Source of the DNA: Candidatus Methylomirabilota bacterium
Lineage (GTDB): Bacteria > Methylomirabilota > Methylomirabilia > Rokubacteriales > CSP1-6
Reading direction: 5' to 3'
Assembly: GCA_046726415.1 (NCBI GenBank)
Contig: JBKPAK010000283.1
Location: forward strand, 1 to 24,909
DNA: 24,909 nt
Position numbers and translations under genes: made by a program. The notes beneath the pieces are model-generated. The model had not been told where the DNA came from and made no database searches. It was given only the letters and a program-made list of their open reading frames with translations. The first letter of the stretch is position 1, and every line of letters begins with the position of its first letter. Shown piece after piece: positions 6,271 to 15,854 of this stretch.

Positions 6271-7050
6271 TTACCTTCTGCGCACTTTCGAACGCAGGGC
6301 CCACAGGGAACCAGCCTGGAGGACGAGGGCCAGCGCGGTCGCGGTGGCGAAGGCGGGGCCTATTCCGGCACGTTCGATCGAGACCGCGAGAGTGAGGAAG
6401 AAGCCGGCAAAGGCGAAGAGGCCGAGGAGAAGCCCCCGGAGGACGTTGACCGCGGCCTCCGATCCTTGAAGATGATGAGTGAACACCGCAAGGGTGGCCG
6501 CATACAACGGAAAGGGCGACAGGAGTCCGGTCAGCCTCGCTCCGAGCTTCGGGGCCAGGCCCGTGAGCAAGAGGACGAAGACCGTGGCGACCACCATTCT
6601 GGCCGGCAGGTCCCAGCGGGGAAGCGGGGGCATCGCCGCGCGAGAGTGCTCGCGATCGCCCGGCATGAGTCGCCGCGCCACGACCAGGGCCACGATCACC
6701 GTCGCGAACAACGGGATCGGGGAAAGGGTCAGGTGCTGAAGCGCCGCGGTGGCCAGCGCGAAGGCCAGGCCGCCGCCCAGCACGGCGCTCGGCCATCCCC
6801 AACGCGAGGCCAGCCATCCATAGGTGACAGAGAAGGCCGCCTGGGACGCGGTGCCCGCCATAGTGCCGGCGGCGACGGACGCGGCGAAGGACGTACCGTC
6901 GCTCAAAGCCAGGAAGAAGGTGACGGGCGCTGAGGTGAACGGTAGACCGACGAGCCAGCCACTCACCGCTGGTCCCCAGCGGCGACCGGCAAGGCTGGCC
7001 GTGCCGATCAGGGCGGGCGTCAGCACGAGCTTGAAGACGAACGTGTCCAC
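6271..7050 (-). CDS. Multi-pass integral membrane protein of unknown function
   Basis: 259 aa, roughly 8 hydrophobic segments, two-fold internal similarity (WGPAVSGWLVGLP / LGARLTGLLSPFP). Confidence 0.8.
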   Translation of the reverse strand: MDTFVFKLVLTPALIGTASLAGRRWGPAVSGWLVGLPFTSAPVTFFLALSDGTSFAASVAAGTMAGTASQAAFSVTYGWLASRWGWPSAVLGGGLAFALATAALQHLTLSPIPLFATVIVALVVARRLMPGDREHSRAAMPPLPRWDLPARMVVATVFVLLLTGLAPKLGARLTGLLSPFPLYAATLAVFTHHLQGSEAAVNVLRGLLLGLFAFAGFFLTLAVSIERAGIGPAFATATALALVLQAGSLWALRSKVRRR

Positions 7051-7059
7051 GGCCCCAGT

Positions 7060-7767
7060 CTAAAGCGATCGTGCCCTTCCCTTCTGCCAGACCAGGGCGA
7101 AGCTCATGGGCCAATCGCGATACGTCTCCCACTTCGGTTTCTTGGCCACCCACTCGTCGCCGACGACCCCCTCTTCCATCTCCACCAGGACCCAGCCCGC
7201 CGCGGAAGCGGCCTTCACGTGATCGCTGAACAGATGGACGTAGCTCTGGATGGCCAGCGGCTCGCCGCTGCGGCTCGCGAAATGAGTGGGAATCCCGCGC
7301 AGCAGAAAGTGGGGGTGATAGCCGGTGAGGACGAAGGCCCCGTCGCGCTGGGTAATTCGGGCGGCCTCCCCGTAGAGCGGCCGGAGATCGGGCAGGTGCT
7401 CGTCGGCCAGCCCCTGAATGCACACGGCATAGGCATCGGACCTCAGAGCCGTCTGACAGACGTCGGCGATCACCAGCCGTCGATAGATGCCCCGGGTGCG
7501 GGCGACCTCGATCATCTCGGGCGTCATGTCCACGCCGTCGATCATCGCCACACCGTGCGCCTTCAACCACGCTCCGGTGCGCCCGGTGCCGCACGCGAGG
7601 TCAGCGGCCTGGCTGATGCTGGCCCACTCGATGGAGGACAACCGCTCCAGCAACCGAAGGTCCATCTCATCGTGAACGGTGGCCTCGTAGGTGTGGACCC
7701 ACTCCCGGTAGCCGTCACGCACCGACACTGTTCGGTACTTTCGCGTATCGAAGCGCGCAAAATCCAT
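7060..7767 (-). CDS. Class I SAM-dependent methyltransferase
   Basis: DLACGTG motif I and GVDMTPEMIEVAR. Start taken at MDFARFD (7767). Confidence 0.88.
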   Translation of the reverse strand: MDFARFDTRKYRTVSVRDGYREWVHTYEATVHDEMDLRLLERLSSIEWASISQAADLACGTGRTGAWLKAHGVAMIDGVDMTPEMIEVARTRGIYRRLVIADVCQTALRSDAYAVCIQGLADEHLPDLRPLYGEAARITQRDGAFVLTGYHPHFLLRGIPTHFASRSGEPLAIQSYVHLFSDHVKAASAAGWVLVEMEEGVVGDEWVAKKPKWETYRDWPMSFALVWQKGRARSL

Positions 7768-7927
7768 GCTCGCTGAGCCTACCCTCCCCCGTTGGCGTCC
7801 CCGGGCGAAGGCGTTCGCTCGCGATGGATGCTCACCCCCTGGCCCATCGCGGTCAAGCACAATATGGGCGGATGTGTGAGGTGGGGCCTCGACCGGGCCG
7901 ACCGCCCAAGGCCTCCATGCGCCCGGG

Positions 7928-8400
7928 TCAGGCGCCCTGGGGCTGGATCCGCATACCTTCGCGCAGGTTGTCGGCGGGATTGGTGATGACCAGCTCGGAC
8001 CCGGTCAGCCCTGACACGATCTCGACGGTCGTTCCGAGATCGCGGCCGACCCCCACCGCCTTGAAGCGAACCGTCTGGTCGTCCCCGACCGTCGCCACCT
8101 GTGGTCCTTTCGCCCGGACGATCAGGGCGGTCGCGGGCACCGCGAGAGGCGGATCGGCGACGGGAGTGCGGAACCTCACCTGGGCGTACATGCCGGGCAG
8201 CAGCGCGCCGCGCTGATTCGGGATGCGCACTTCGGTGAGGAGAGTGCGCGAGGCGGGATCGAGCGCCTGCGCCGTGCTGACGACCTTGCCCGGGAGCACC
8301 TCCGCGGGAAACTCCTGGAGCAGAAGCTCGACTGGCTGGCCGGCGGCGATCGAGCGGACGAAGGTCTGCGGCACGTTCACGAAGACGCGCAGACTATCCT
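7928..8400 (-). pseudogene. C-terminal remnant of an RND efflux periplasmic adaptor (MFP)
   Basis: DSLRVFVNVPQ...ALDPASRTLLTEV...LLPGMYAQV...VEIVSGL. Upstream of about 8400 the frame is non-protein-like and lacks lipoyl and hairpin domains. No RND pump gene adjacent. Confidence 0.8.
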
Positions 8401-8492
8401 CTCGCGAGATTCGCTGATCACGCTGTTGTCGTTCCGGAAGGAGCGACACTCTTGCGATGGTCGAGCCAGCGCGGGAGATTCGGCCGCCTCGA

Positions 8493-8516
8493 GCCGGAGG
8501 GCCGCGGCCCTCCGGC
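8493..8516. repeat. Perfect 24-bp palindrome GCCGGAGGGCCGCGGCCCTCCGGC (REP-like or terminator hairpin)
   Basis: Sequence equals its own reverse complement; intergenic. Confidence 0.75.
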
Positions 8517-8897
8517 AGCGGGCGGTTCCGGTGGGGCCGCGGCGACGGCGAGGTCAGCCGTGCTGGCCGACCTGCCGTCGTTCCCTGAAGTAGTCGATGA
8601 CCAGATCGATTCGTCGAGGTCGGTCTGCCCTCAGCCCGCGCATGCGGATCAGCGCGGCCACCATGACCCACGGTCTCGACCACGCTCGTGTCTTCCGCGC
8701 GCAACCAGCTCCACGGGGTCGCTCTCCGAATCTCTTCCCGGCCATGCCGCGTCTCCTTCGGGCCGGGATTGGGCAAGAGGCGTACCACTGCGTGATCGCC
8801 GTCGAGCCCGCATGTCGACACGCCGGTCGCGCGCGCCGAGTGTTCCACTCTGAAACTGGGCTGGTGCAGCCTGGAACACCGAGCTCAGTGAAGAAGC

Positions 8898-8906
8898 TGC
8901 TATGAT
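8898..8906 (+). promoter_or_regulatory. Extended -10 element (TGcTATGAT) upstream of the LLM gene
   Basis: TGn plus TATGAT about 70 bp upstream of ATG 8979. Confidence 0.45.
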
Positions 8907-8978
8907 ACGCGGCCATCCGTGGCGGTTTTCGCTCCCGTCGGTCATCGATGGGGCCTTCTCCGACGCGTGGGGGGTGCG

Positions 8979-10088
8979 ATGAGGGTCTACGCCTTCGACC
9001 TGATGCCTTGGCCCTACCTCGAGGAGCCGTCGTACTATCCCGACTCGAACGCCCTGTTCGACCCGGCGCGCGGCCAGCAGATCTACGCCGAGCATCTCGA
9101 CCAGATGGTCTTGTACGAAGAGTCGGGCTTCGACGGCGTCTGCATCAACGAGCACCACGCGAAACCCTACGGGCTCATGCCCTCGCCCAACCTCATGGCC
9201 GCCGCGCTCACCCAGCGGACGCGTCGCATCACCATCGGGATCCTCGGCAACCTTCCCGCCCTCCATGCTCATCCCGTGCGGTTGGCCGAGGAGATCGCCA
9301 TGCTCGACGTCATGTCGGGTGGCCGCGTGATTTCCGGCTTCGTCCGCGGGGTGCCACAGGAGTACCTGGCGCTGAGCGGGTCGCTGCCCGACGCCCGCGA
9401 GCGGCTGCAGGAGGCGTGGGACCTGATCGTCATGGCCTGGACGACCCGTGAGCCGTTCGAGTGGCGCGGGAAGCATTTCAGCTACGATCGCGTCTCGATC
9501 TGGCCCCGCCCGCTGCAGCAGCCACACCCGCCGATCGTGCTCCCCGCCGACAGCGACGAGGGTTTGGAGACGGCCGCGCGGCGCCGCGTGGGGACCGGCG
9601 CCGCCTATCGCTCCAACGCCAGGACGCGCTCGATCTTCGAGCGATACCGCGCATTCGCCGCCCGGCACGCCTGGACACCGACGCCCGAGCACTGCCACGT
9701 GATGCGCCACATCTACGTGGCCGAGACAAACGCGCGGGCCCGTGAGGAAGCGGAGCCACACCTGGACTACTTCTGGCACAAGCTGCTCAGTTACCACCGC
9801 GGGTCGATGACCGTGCTCGGCCAAGTGCCCCCGCGACGGCCGTCGGTCGTGCAGGCGGCCGAGGAGATCCCGCTCTATGAGTTCGACTTCGACCTGACCC
9901 AGAAGGAGGGGATCACCATCGTGGGCGATCCCGACTACGTCCTCCGCGAGATCCGGGCCCAGATGCGCGAGTTCGGCGCCGGCACGCTCATGGGCCTCTT
10001 CCAGTTTGGCAGCCTGCCGCACGCGCTCGCCTGCGGGAACATCAGGCTCTTCGCCGACGCCGTCCTGCCGGAGCTGAAGGGCCGCTGA
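8979..10088 (+). CDS. LLM class flavin-dependent oxidoreductase (luciferase-like monooxygenase)
   Basis: GFDGVCINEHH, PSPNLMAAAL, HPVRLAEEIAMLDVMSGGR, WPRPLQQPHPP, LFADAVLP. Confidence 0.93.
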   Translation: MRVYAFDLMPWPYLEEPSYYPDSNALFDPARGQQIYAEHLDQMVLYEESGFDGVCINEHHAKPYGLMPSPNLMAAALTQRTRRITIGILGNLPALHAHPVRLAEEIAMLDVMSGGRVISGFVRGVPQEYLALSGSLPDARERLQEAWDLIVMAWTTREPFEWRGKHFSYDRVSIWPRPLQQPHPPIVLPADSDEGLETAARRRVGTGAAYRSNARTRSIFERYRAFAARHAWTPTPEHCHVMRHIYVAETNARAREEAEPHLDYFWHKLLSYHRGSMTVLGQVPPRRPSVVQAAEEIPLYEFDFDLTQKEGITIVGDPDYVLREIRAQMREFGAGTLMGLFQFGSLPHALACGNIRLFADAVLPELKGR

Positions 10089-10133
10089 ACCACGCCCACC
10101 CCGACCGTTTCGCCGGCGAGAGCCGCCCCGCGC

Positions 10134-10162
10134 TTGACGATTGCGCGCGGTCGGCTCATCAT
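10134..10162 (+). promoter_or_regulatory. Candidate sigma70 promoter for the amidohydrolase
   Basis: TTGACG-N17-CATCAT. Confidence 0.35.
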
Positions 10163-10350
10163 CGAGCGCACCGGCGACCAAGCACGATCTCGCGAGGGCG
10201 CTCGATGAGCATCAACCCCGTCGAGGCAATGCGCGCACCTGTCGCGCAGGCGATGGAGCCCACGGGCTCCCGGGTGAGACGTGCGTGCCGCCAAGTCGTC
10301 CGCTACGCCAACCGTTCTCACCATCACACCGTCACGTCGAGGAGCGCGTC

Positions 10351-11586
10351 ATGAAGGATGGACTCCGGTTCGTCGACTCCGACATGCACATCATGGAACC
10401 GCCGGATCTCTTCGACCGCTATCTGGATCCGGCCTTCGCCCACCGGATCAGCGTGCCAGTCGGGGCCGACGGCCGTCCAAATCGCGGACCGTCGGGCTTG
10501 ATCGTCATCGACGGGCTGCCCACCTCGGACATGGACCTTCAGCAGTACCGCAAGCGCGTCAAGCGAGGCCAGACGCAGAGCACCCAGCTCCTGTCGGGGT
10601 CGCGCATCTTCGACACCGGCCGGCTCGACTTCGCCATCGAGCGCGACTACAACGCCGAAGCGCAGGTGATGGGCATGGAGAAGGAGGGGGTCGACATCGG
10701 CGTCCTCTACCCCACCGCCGGCCTCGCCCTCATCGCTCGAGACAACATGGATCCTCAGCTGTCCCTGGCCATCTGCCAGGCCTACAACAACTGGATCCAC
10801 GAGTTCTGCCGGTACAGCCCCGATCAGCTGAAGTTCGTGGCCATGCTTCCGGTGCACGACGTCCACCTGGCCTGTCGAGAGCTGGTGAGGTGCGTGAGGG
10901 AGCTGGGCGCCGTCGGGTCGTTTATCCGGCCCAATCTGGTGAACGGCCGCTACTGGCACTCGAACTACTGGGATCCCCTCTACAGCATCCACGAAGAGCT
11001 CGGCGTGACGTGGGGGTTCCACGAAGGCGTGAGCGCCGTGTACTCCCGCATGGTCGAGCTGTACGGCGAGAATCGGTTCTACCGCCACGTGGCCAGTCAC
11101 TGGATCGAGATGCAGCAGGCGATGATCGCCATGATCATCGGCGGCGTGTTCGAGTTTCACCCCACGCTGCGGGTCGGCTTCCTGGAGGCCCAGAACTCCT
11201 GGGTCCCCGGACTCCTGTCCCGCATCGAGTGGGATTATCCGCAGTACCGCGATTCGCACGCCCCGTACCTCGCGATGACCCCACGCGAATACTTCCGGCG
11301 CAATTGCTGGGCGGCCGTCGAAGGAAGCGAGCCGGAGATCGAGGCGACGGCCGGACTCATCGGCGCCGACCGGATGTGCGTCTCGACCGACTACCCGCAC
11401 TTCGACTCCAACTTTCCGCACGTGGCCGAGACTCTCCTCAAGAACGTGCCGCGGGAGATCGCCGCGCAGATCTTGATGGGAGGCGCGAACCTTTACGGCT
11501 TCCGCGAGGCCGATTTCGAGAAAGCCGACGCCGCGGCGGCGGCGGTCGCGGCGAAGCGTGCCGGGGCGTCCGCCCACACCTCCTGA
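10351..11586 (+). CDS. Amidohydrolase family protein (Amidohydro_2)
   Basis: GAGGAG RBS; DSDMHIMEP, AYNNW, FHEG, GGVFEFHPTLRVGFLEA, STDYPH. Confidence 0.92.
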   Translation: MKDGLRFVDSDMHIMEPPDLFDRYLDPAFAHRISVPVGADGRPNRGPSGLIVIDGLPTSDMDLQQYRKRVKRGQTQSTQLLSGSRIFDTGRLDFAIERDYNAEAQVMGMEKEGVDIGVLYPTAGLALIARDNMDPQLSLAICQAYNNWIHEFCRYSPDQLKFVAMLPVHDVHLACRELVRCVRELGAVGSFIRPNLVNGRYWHSNYWDPLYSIHEELGVTWGFHEGVSAVYSRMVELYGENRFYRHVASHWIEMQQAMIAMIIGGVFEFHPTLRVGFLEAQNSWVPGLLSRIEWDYPQYRDSHAPYLAMTPREYFRRNCWAAVEGSEPEIEATAGLIGADRMCVSTDYPHFDSNFPHVAETLLKNVPREIAAQILMGGANLYGFREADFEKADAAAAAVAAKRAGASAHTS

Positions 11587-11606
11587 GTTCGGTCATCGAA
11601 GATCGA

Positions 11607-11649
11607 CGATAGCGGCCCGAGGCCGGTCGCCCGAGCCTCGGGCCTATCG
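11607..11649. terminator. GC-rich hairpin between convergent genes
   Basis: GGCCCGAGGC/GCCTCGGGCC stem, extended by CGATAG/CTATCG. No U-tract. Confidence 0.5.
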
Positions 11650-13254
11650 ATCCAGCCAGGTGAAGGTGAGGCGGCGGCCGAGGTCGTAGCCGTCGTGGTG
11701 GCGAAAGCCCTTCACGGAGGGAGGGTGGGCGATGTATCGCGGCCACATTGGCAAGTACACGTAGTACGCCTTGTCGGCCAGATAGCGCTGAATTTCGAGC
11801 ACGATCTCACGCCGCTTCGCGGGGTCCATCTCCCTCCGTTGCGCGATCAGCAGGCGAGACAGCTCGGCATCGTCGACGTGGCTCCGGTTGCGCGCGGATC
11901 CCGCCGCGAAGAGCTCATAGAGGAACTCGTCGACCTCCGTGACCCCCGCCCCATACGGCCCCATCGCCATCTTCTCGAACTTTCCGAGAGAGGTGGTGGA
12001 CACGTATTTCCCCAACTCCTCGGGCTTCAGCTCGACGGCGACGCCGATCTTGCCCAGACTTTCCGCGGTGAGATCGTAGTAGCTCCGCCACGGGGGCGCG
12101 AACCCGGGCGAGTGGAACACCGGCGTGGTGAAACCGCGCGGGAAGCCGGCCTCGGCCAGCAGCCGCCTGGCCTCGGCGGGGTCGTAGCCGTCGACGTACT
12201 TTCGGCGGGCCGGATCGAGCGTGGTCGCGTCGAGCTTCCACTCCGTCATCGCGCAGGGCACCGGGCCGGAGTCGAGGCAACCCTCGCCGAAGTGGAGCGC
12301 CTCCCGCCACGCCTTCCGGTCGATGGCCAGCGACACCGCGCGGCGCACGCGGACGTCGTTGAAGGGCGGCTGGTCCGTGCGCATGTAGATGTGGGCGAGG
12401 TCGACCACCATCTGCGACGGAACCACCATCTCGGGATTCGTTCGCTTGAGCGCACGGCCTTCCTCGGGGCTCAGCCATCCCCACCAGTGGCCGAACTCCA
12501 GCTTGCCGGCCCGCAGCAAGGACAGCCGGGCGGCCGCGTCGGGAACGATCTCGATGTTCACCCCGTCGAGGTAGGGCAACCCCGGCATGTAGTAGTCCGG
12601 GTTGCGCTCGAAGACCGCCCGCACACCCTTCTGGTACGACTTGAGGACGAACGGCCCCGTGCCGATGACCGCGTCCACATTGTTGAAATCCCCGAACTTC
12701 TCCTCGGCCTCGCGCGGGAGGATCGCACAGGCGGCGGGATTCGCCAGGTGGTTCAGGAACGGCGCGTAGGCTTCGCGAAGGGTGATCCGCACGCTCGAGC
12801 GATCGATCACGTCGATGGACTGGACGGGGTCGAAGCGCACTCGAATCGGCGATTTTGTGCGGAAGCGTTCGAGGGAGTACTTGACGTCGTCCGCGGTGAC
12901 CTCGCGCCCGTTCACCGGCGGCTTCCGGTGGAAGCGCACCCCCTTGCGCAGGGTGAAGACTATCGTGGTCGGGCTCGTCCACTCCCACTTCTCGGCGAGG
13001 TCGGGCAGGATGCGATGGTCGCTGGGGCCCTTCTGCTCCGGCCCCGCGGGGAAGCGGACCACATGGCTGTAGACCAGGCTCGCGTAGGTCTGAGTGAGAA
13101 AGAAGGGATTGGCGTGGGGGTCGAGGGCCGGAGCGTCGGGCGCGGGGACCCGTATCACGCCACCCCGCTTCGGCGTTTGGGCCAGCGCCGCGCCGGGTTG
13201 ACAACTGGCAAAGACAAGCGATGCGATCGCGGCGACGACCAGGCGGCGAATCAT
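11644..13254 (-). CDS. ABC transporter substrate-binding protein, family 5 (OppA/DppA/NikA-like)
   Basis: GGAGGTGA RBS, signal peptide, PDLAEKWE, FTLRKGVRFH, TADDVKYS, IGTGPF, PFNDVRVRRAVSLAIDR. No permease genes in the window. Confidence 0.93.
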   Translation of the reverse strand: MIRRLVVAAIASLVFASCQPGAALAQTPKRGGVIRVPAPDAPALDPHANPFFLTQTYASLVYSHVVRFPAGPEQKGPSDHRILPDLAEKWEWTSPTTIVFTLRKGVRFHRKPPVNGREVTADDVKYSLERFRTKSPIRVRFDPVQSIDVIDRSSVRITLREAYAPFLNHLANPAACAILPREAEEKFGDFNNVDAVIGTGPFVLKSYQKGVRAVFERNPDYYMPGLPYLDGVNIEIVPDAAARLSLLRAGKLEFGHWWGWLSPEEGRALKRTNPEMVVPSQMVVDLAHIYMRTDQPPFNDVRVRRAVSLAIDRKAWREALHFGEGCLDSGPVPCAMTEWKLDATTLDPARRKYVDGYDPAEARRLLAEAGFPRGFTTPVFHSPGFAPPWRSYYDLTAESLGKIGVAVELKPEELGKYVSTTSLGKFEKMAMGPYGAGVTEVDEFLYELFAAGSARNRSHVDDAELSRLLIAQRREMDPAKRREIVLEIQRYLADKAYYVYLPMWPRYIAHPPSVKGFRHHDGYDLGRRLTFTWLDR

Positions 13255-13347
13255 CGGCTCACCTCCAGGGCTGGACACTTCGCCCGGTCGAGCATATGAC
13301 GCTTTCCGGTGGCGCGCCGTACTTCGGGGCGAAGCGACACGCGCCCT

Positions 13348-14394
13348 CTACTTGCGCGCCTCCAGGATCAGGTTGAACGGCGTTTCGGTGGCGCGACGGA
13401 AGCGACTGAAGCCCGCCTCGGCAAACACCTCGCGGAGACGGGACTCTCCAGCCTGCGCGCCCAGGCCCAGTCCAACCTCCTGCGACAGCGAGTTCGGGGT
13501 GCAGACCATGCTGGATGCCGCGTAGTAGAGGCGCCCGACCGGCGTTGAGTTCTCGGCCAGGCTGTCTCCCGCGAACGGCTCGACGAGGAGCACGGCTCCG
13601 TCATCCTTCAGGGCTCGGTTGGCGTGCTGGGCAGCCCCCACCGGGTCGCCCATGTCGTGGAGGCAGTCGAAGAAACAGATCAGATCGAAGCCCCGCTCGG
13701 TATAGTCCTTGGCGCCAGCCGTGGTGAACGTCACGCGATCGCTCACCTTGGCTTCGGCCGCGCGCTCGCGAGCAATCTCGATCGAGGGCGCATGAAAGTC
13801 GAAGCCGAAGAAGCGAGAGCTGGGGTAGGCGGCGGCCATGACGATCGTCGATGCGCCGTGGCCGCAGCCGACATCGCCCACCTTGGCGCCCGCCTGCAGC
13901 TTGGCGGCCACGCCATCCATGGCCGGTAGCCAGGAGGTCGTGAGGTGAGCGCGGTAGCCCGGCCGGAAGAACTTCTCGACCCCGTGGAACATGCGGTGGT
14001 GGTGCTCGCCCCAGGGAAGAGCACCGTCACCCCGGAAGGCCTCGAGGAGCTTGTCGAGGTCCAGGAAGCACGAGGCGACCACGTTGGTGCCGGGGGCCAC
14101 AAATACCGGCGACTGTTCGTTGGCCAGCGCCATCGCTTGCTCGGGCGGAAGGCGATAGGCGTTGTCCCTGGACTCGAGGTAACCGGCGGCGGCGTTGGCG
14201 TTGAGCCACTCGCGCACCAGGCGAGGATGACAGCCACAGCGGGCAGCCAGAGCGTCCGCGGTCAGTGGCTGACCGTCGGCCATGGCCCGGTAGAGGCCCA
14301 GCTCATCGCCGATGAGCACCATGCCCATCATGAACGCGCCACCCATGTCGGTCACGAACTTCCCCATGAATTCGTGCAGCTTGCCTTCGTCCAT
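13348..14394 (-). CDS. SAM-dependent methyltransferase with N-terminal wHTH (Rv2258c-like)
   Basis: IGDELGLYRAM...VREWL, DVGCGHG, FDCLHDMGDP, SQEVGLGLGAQAG, ETPFNLILEAR; GGAGG RBS. Confidence 0.92.
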   Translation of the reverse strand: MDEGKLHEFMGKFVTDMGGAFMMGMVLIGDELGLYRAMADGQPLTADALAARCGCHPRLVREWLNANAAAGYLESRDNAYRLPPEQAMALANEQSPVFVAPGTNVVASCFLDLDKLLEAFRGDGALPWGEHHHRMFHGVEKFFRPGYRAHLTTSWLPAMDGVAAKLQAGAKVGDVGCGHGASTIVMAAAYPSSRFFGFDFHAPSIEIARERAAEAKVSDRVTFTTAGAKDYTERGFDLICFFDCLHDMGDPVGAAQHANRALKDDGAVLLVEPFAGDSLAENSTPVGRLYYAASSMVCTPNSLSQEVGLGLGAQAGESRLREVFAEAGFSRFRRATETPFNLILEARK

Positions 14395-14417
14395 CGGTTC
14401 CTCCCTCGGGGAGACTG

Positions 14418-14456
14418 CGCCGGGCGCCCTCGACTTCGTCGTTGCGGCGCCCGGCG
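14418..14456. terminator. Intergenic hairpin (11-bp stem plus inner stem)
   Basis: CGCCGGGCGCC...GGCGCCCGGCG enclosing CGAC-TTC-GTCG. Confidence 0.4.
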
Positions 14457-14503
14457 ATGCGTCCATCATCATCCGAAACTGTGGTCTGCGGCAGTCGACC
14501 TCG

Positions 14504-15838
14504 CTACTTCCGCGCCGGCTGCAGGTAGAGGGTGACGGCGCGCTGCCCGATCGTTCGCCCCAGGACGAGCCCGTCCTCACACGCCGAGCGGAAGTGGATG
14601 CCGGCGTAGACGCGGGAGTCTGCACTCTCTCGAGCTGCCTGGGAGAAGCTCGTGAACGACCGCGTGATTCCCTCGAATGGCTTTCCGCTCGAGACCGAGA
14701 AGCCAACCTGGTCAGCGCCCATGACACTGGCGAGCACGACCGCGGCCGCCCCGCTGAATGTGCTCTGCGTCGAGGGGTAGTCCGACACCGCCGGAGTGTT
14801 CTGATGGCTGTCCCAAGTGGGATCGCCGGCGGTGGCATCGTTGCCGTCGACATCCCCCTCGCGGATGGCGGTGACGGGCCGCCATAGATCGTAGACGTAG
14901 CGGATCTTGAAGCCGGCGATGTAGGCATCCGCCATCGCCATGTTCATAAGCGCGAGGAGCCGGGCGCTGTCCCTGGCATCAAGCCCGCGCGTGGTGGCGA
15001 CCGCGCGGGCGATCCGGTTCCAGGCCGGCGGCCCCTCGAACCAGAAGCGCGCGACCTCGGTCTGATCAGCCGTGCGCGCCGTGCTGACCTTACCGCCGAC
15101 ACTCTTGACCTCGTTGAAGTCGCGCGCGTAGGTGTCGCTGGTCAGGGCCGGGGGGCCGGGAAGCCAGAATTGCGAGGACGACAGCAAGGTGAACGGCCTG
15201 ACGTTTCCCCAGCCGGGCAGCACCGAGGGCGCGTAGCCACGAGCCATGTCCGGATTCGCGATGGGCGGATTCGGCGGCACGGGATTCGGATGAGGCCGCC
15301 ACTTACCGGCGCCGGTCCCCGGCGTGTATGGCGCGTCCCGGGTGGCGCCGTCGTCCTTGCGGAGTGCCAGCATGGCCGCTCCGGCCGCACGGCCTACGGC
15401 GACGCCGCGATTTCTGGCGGACGCATCCGACACGCGGGCCAGCGAGGTGGTGTATGCCTGCTCGGCCAAGGCCAGCGCGCCGACCTTCTGAGCTGGTGTG
15501 CCAAAGTCCGGCGCCACGCCGACGAGTACCGTGTGGGCGGCCGCCGCCACCGCCGCATCGGGCGAGGCGTTGGAATCCCCAGGGCCCTCGAAGTAGTAGG
15601 CATCGTAGCGGCGGCTGATCGCATTCAAGGCATCGTGAACCGCCCCCTGCACCATCGACAGCGTCCGGGTCATCACGATGGAGTTCTGTCCGTTGGCCTC
15701 GATGACCTTTAGCGTCATCTCGTTCCACTGGACGACCTCGTTGGCGGTGGCAGGTGGAGCGAGGGCGGCCGCCGCGAGACAGACCGCCAAGATGGCGATC
15801 AGGACGGCATTCCCGAAGAGCCGATGCGTGCTGATCAT
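14504..15838 (-). CDS. Secreted vanadium-dependent haloperoxidase / PAP2 superfamily protein
   Basis: GAGGAGG RBS, signal peptide, VVQWN, AVHDALNAI, YARDFNEVK, WRPVTAIR, YPS, SRVYAGIHF. Confidence 0.9.
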   Translation of the reverse strand: MISTHRLFGNAVLIAILAVCLAAAALAPPATANEVVQWNEMTLKVIEANGQNSIVMTRTLSMVQGAVHDALNAISRRYDAYYFEGPGDSNASPDAAVAAAAHTVLVGVAPDFGTPAQKVGALALAEQAYTTSLARVSDASARNRGVAVGRAAGAAMLALRKDDGATRDAPYTPGTGAGKWRPHPNPVPPNPPIANPDMARGYAPSVLPGWGNVRPFTLLSSSQFWLPGPPALTSDTYARDFNEVKSVGGKVSTARTADQTEVARFWFEGPPAWNRIARAVATTRGLDARDSARLLALMNMAMADAYIAGFKIRYVYDLWRPVTAIREGDVDGNDATAGDPTWDSHQNTPAVSDYPSTQSTFSGAAAVVLASVMGADQVGFSVSSGKPFEGITRSFTSFSQAARESADSRVYAGIHFRSACEDGLVLGRTIGQRAVTLYLQPARK

Positions 15839-15854
15839 GGCTGCGTCCTCCTCT

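Noticed and set aside
6180..6300. tRNA or tmRNA fragment at the integrase end
   Set aside because: No T-loop, acceptor stem or CCA pattern found on either strand.
6058..6933. 291-aa ORF as an independent gene
   Set aside because: Only the first 50-60 aa are integrase C-terminus; the rest is antisense read-through of the membrane gene.
8427..8448. CCGGAAGG hairpin as SRP RNA
   Set aside because: Lacks the conserved CAGG/AGCA internal loop and the long flanking helix.
8554..8916. 120-aa minus-strand ORF as a transposase remnant
   Set aside because: No DDE or other convincing motif, and no terminal inverted repeats seen.
8649..13299. Long shadow ORFs (8649-10181, 10281-11612, 10324-11577, 11695-13299, 11915-13204)
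   Set aside because: Antisense or alternate-frame artefacts of GC-rich codon usage over well-supported genes.
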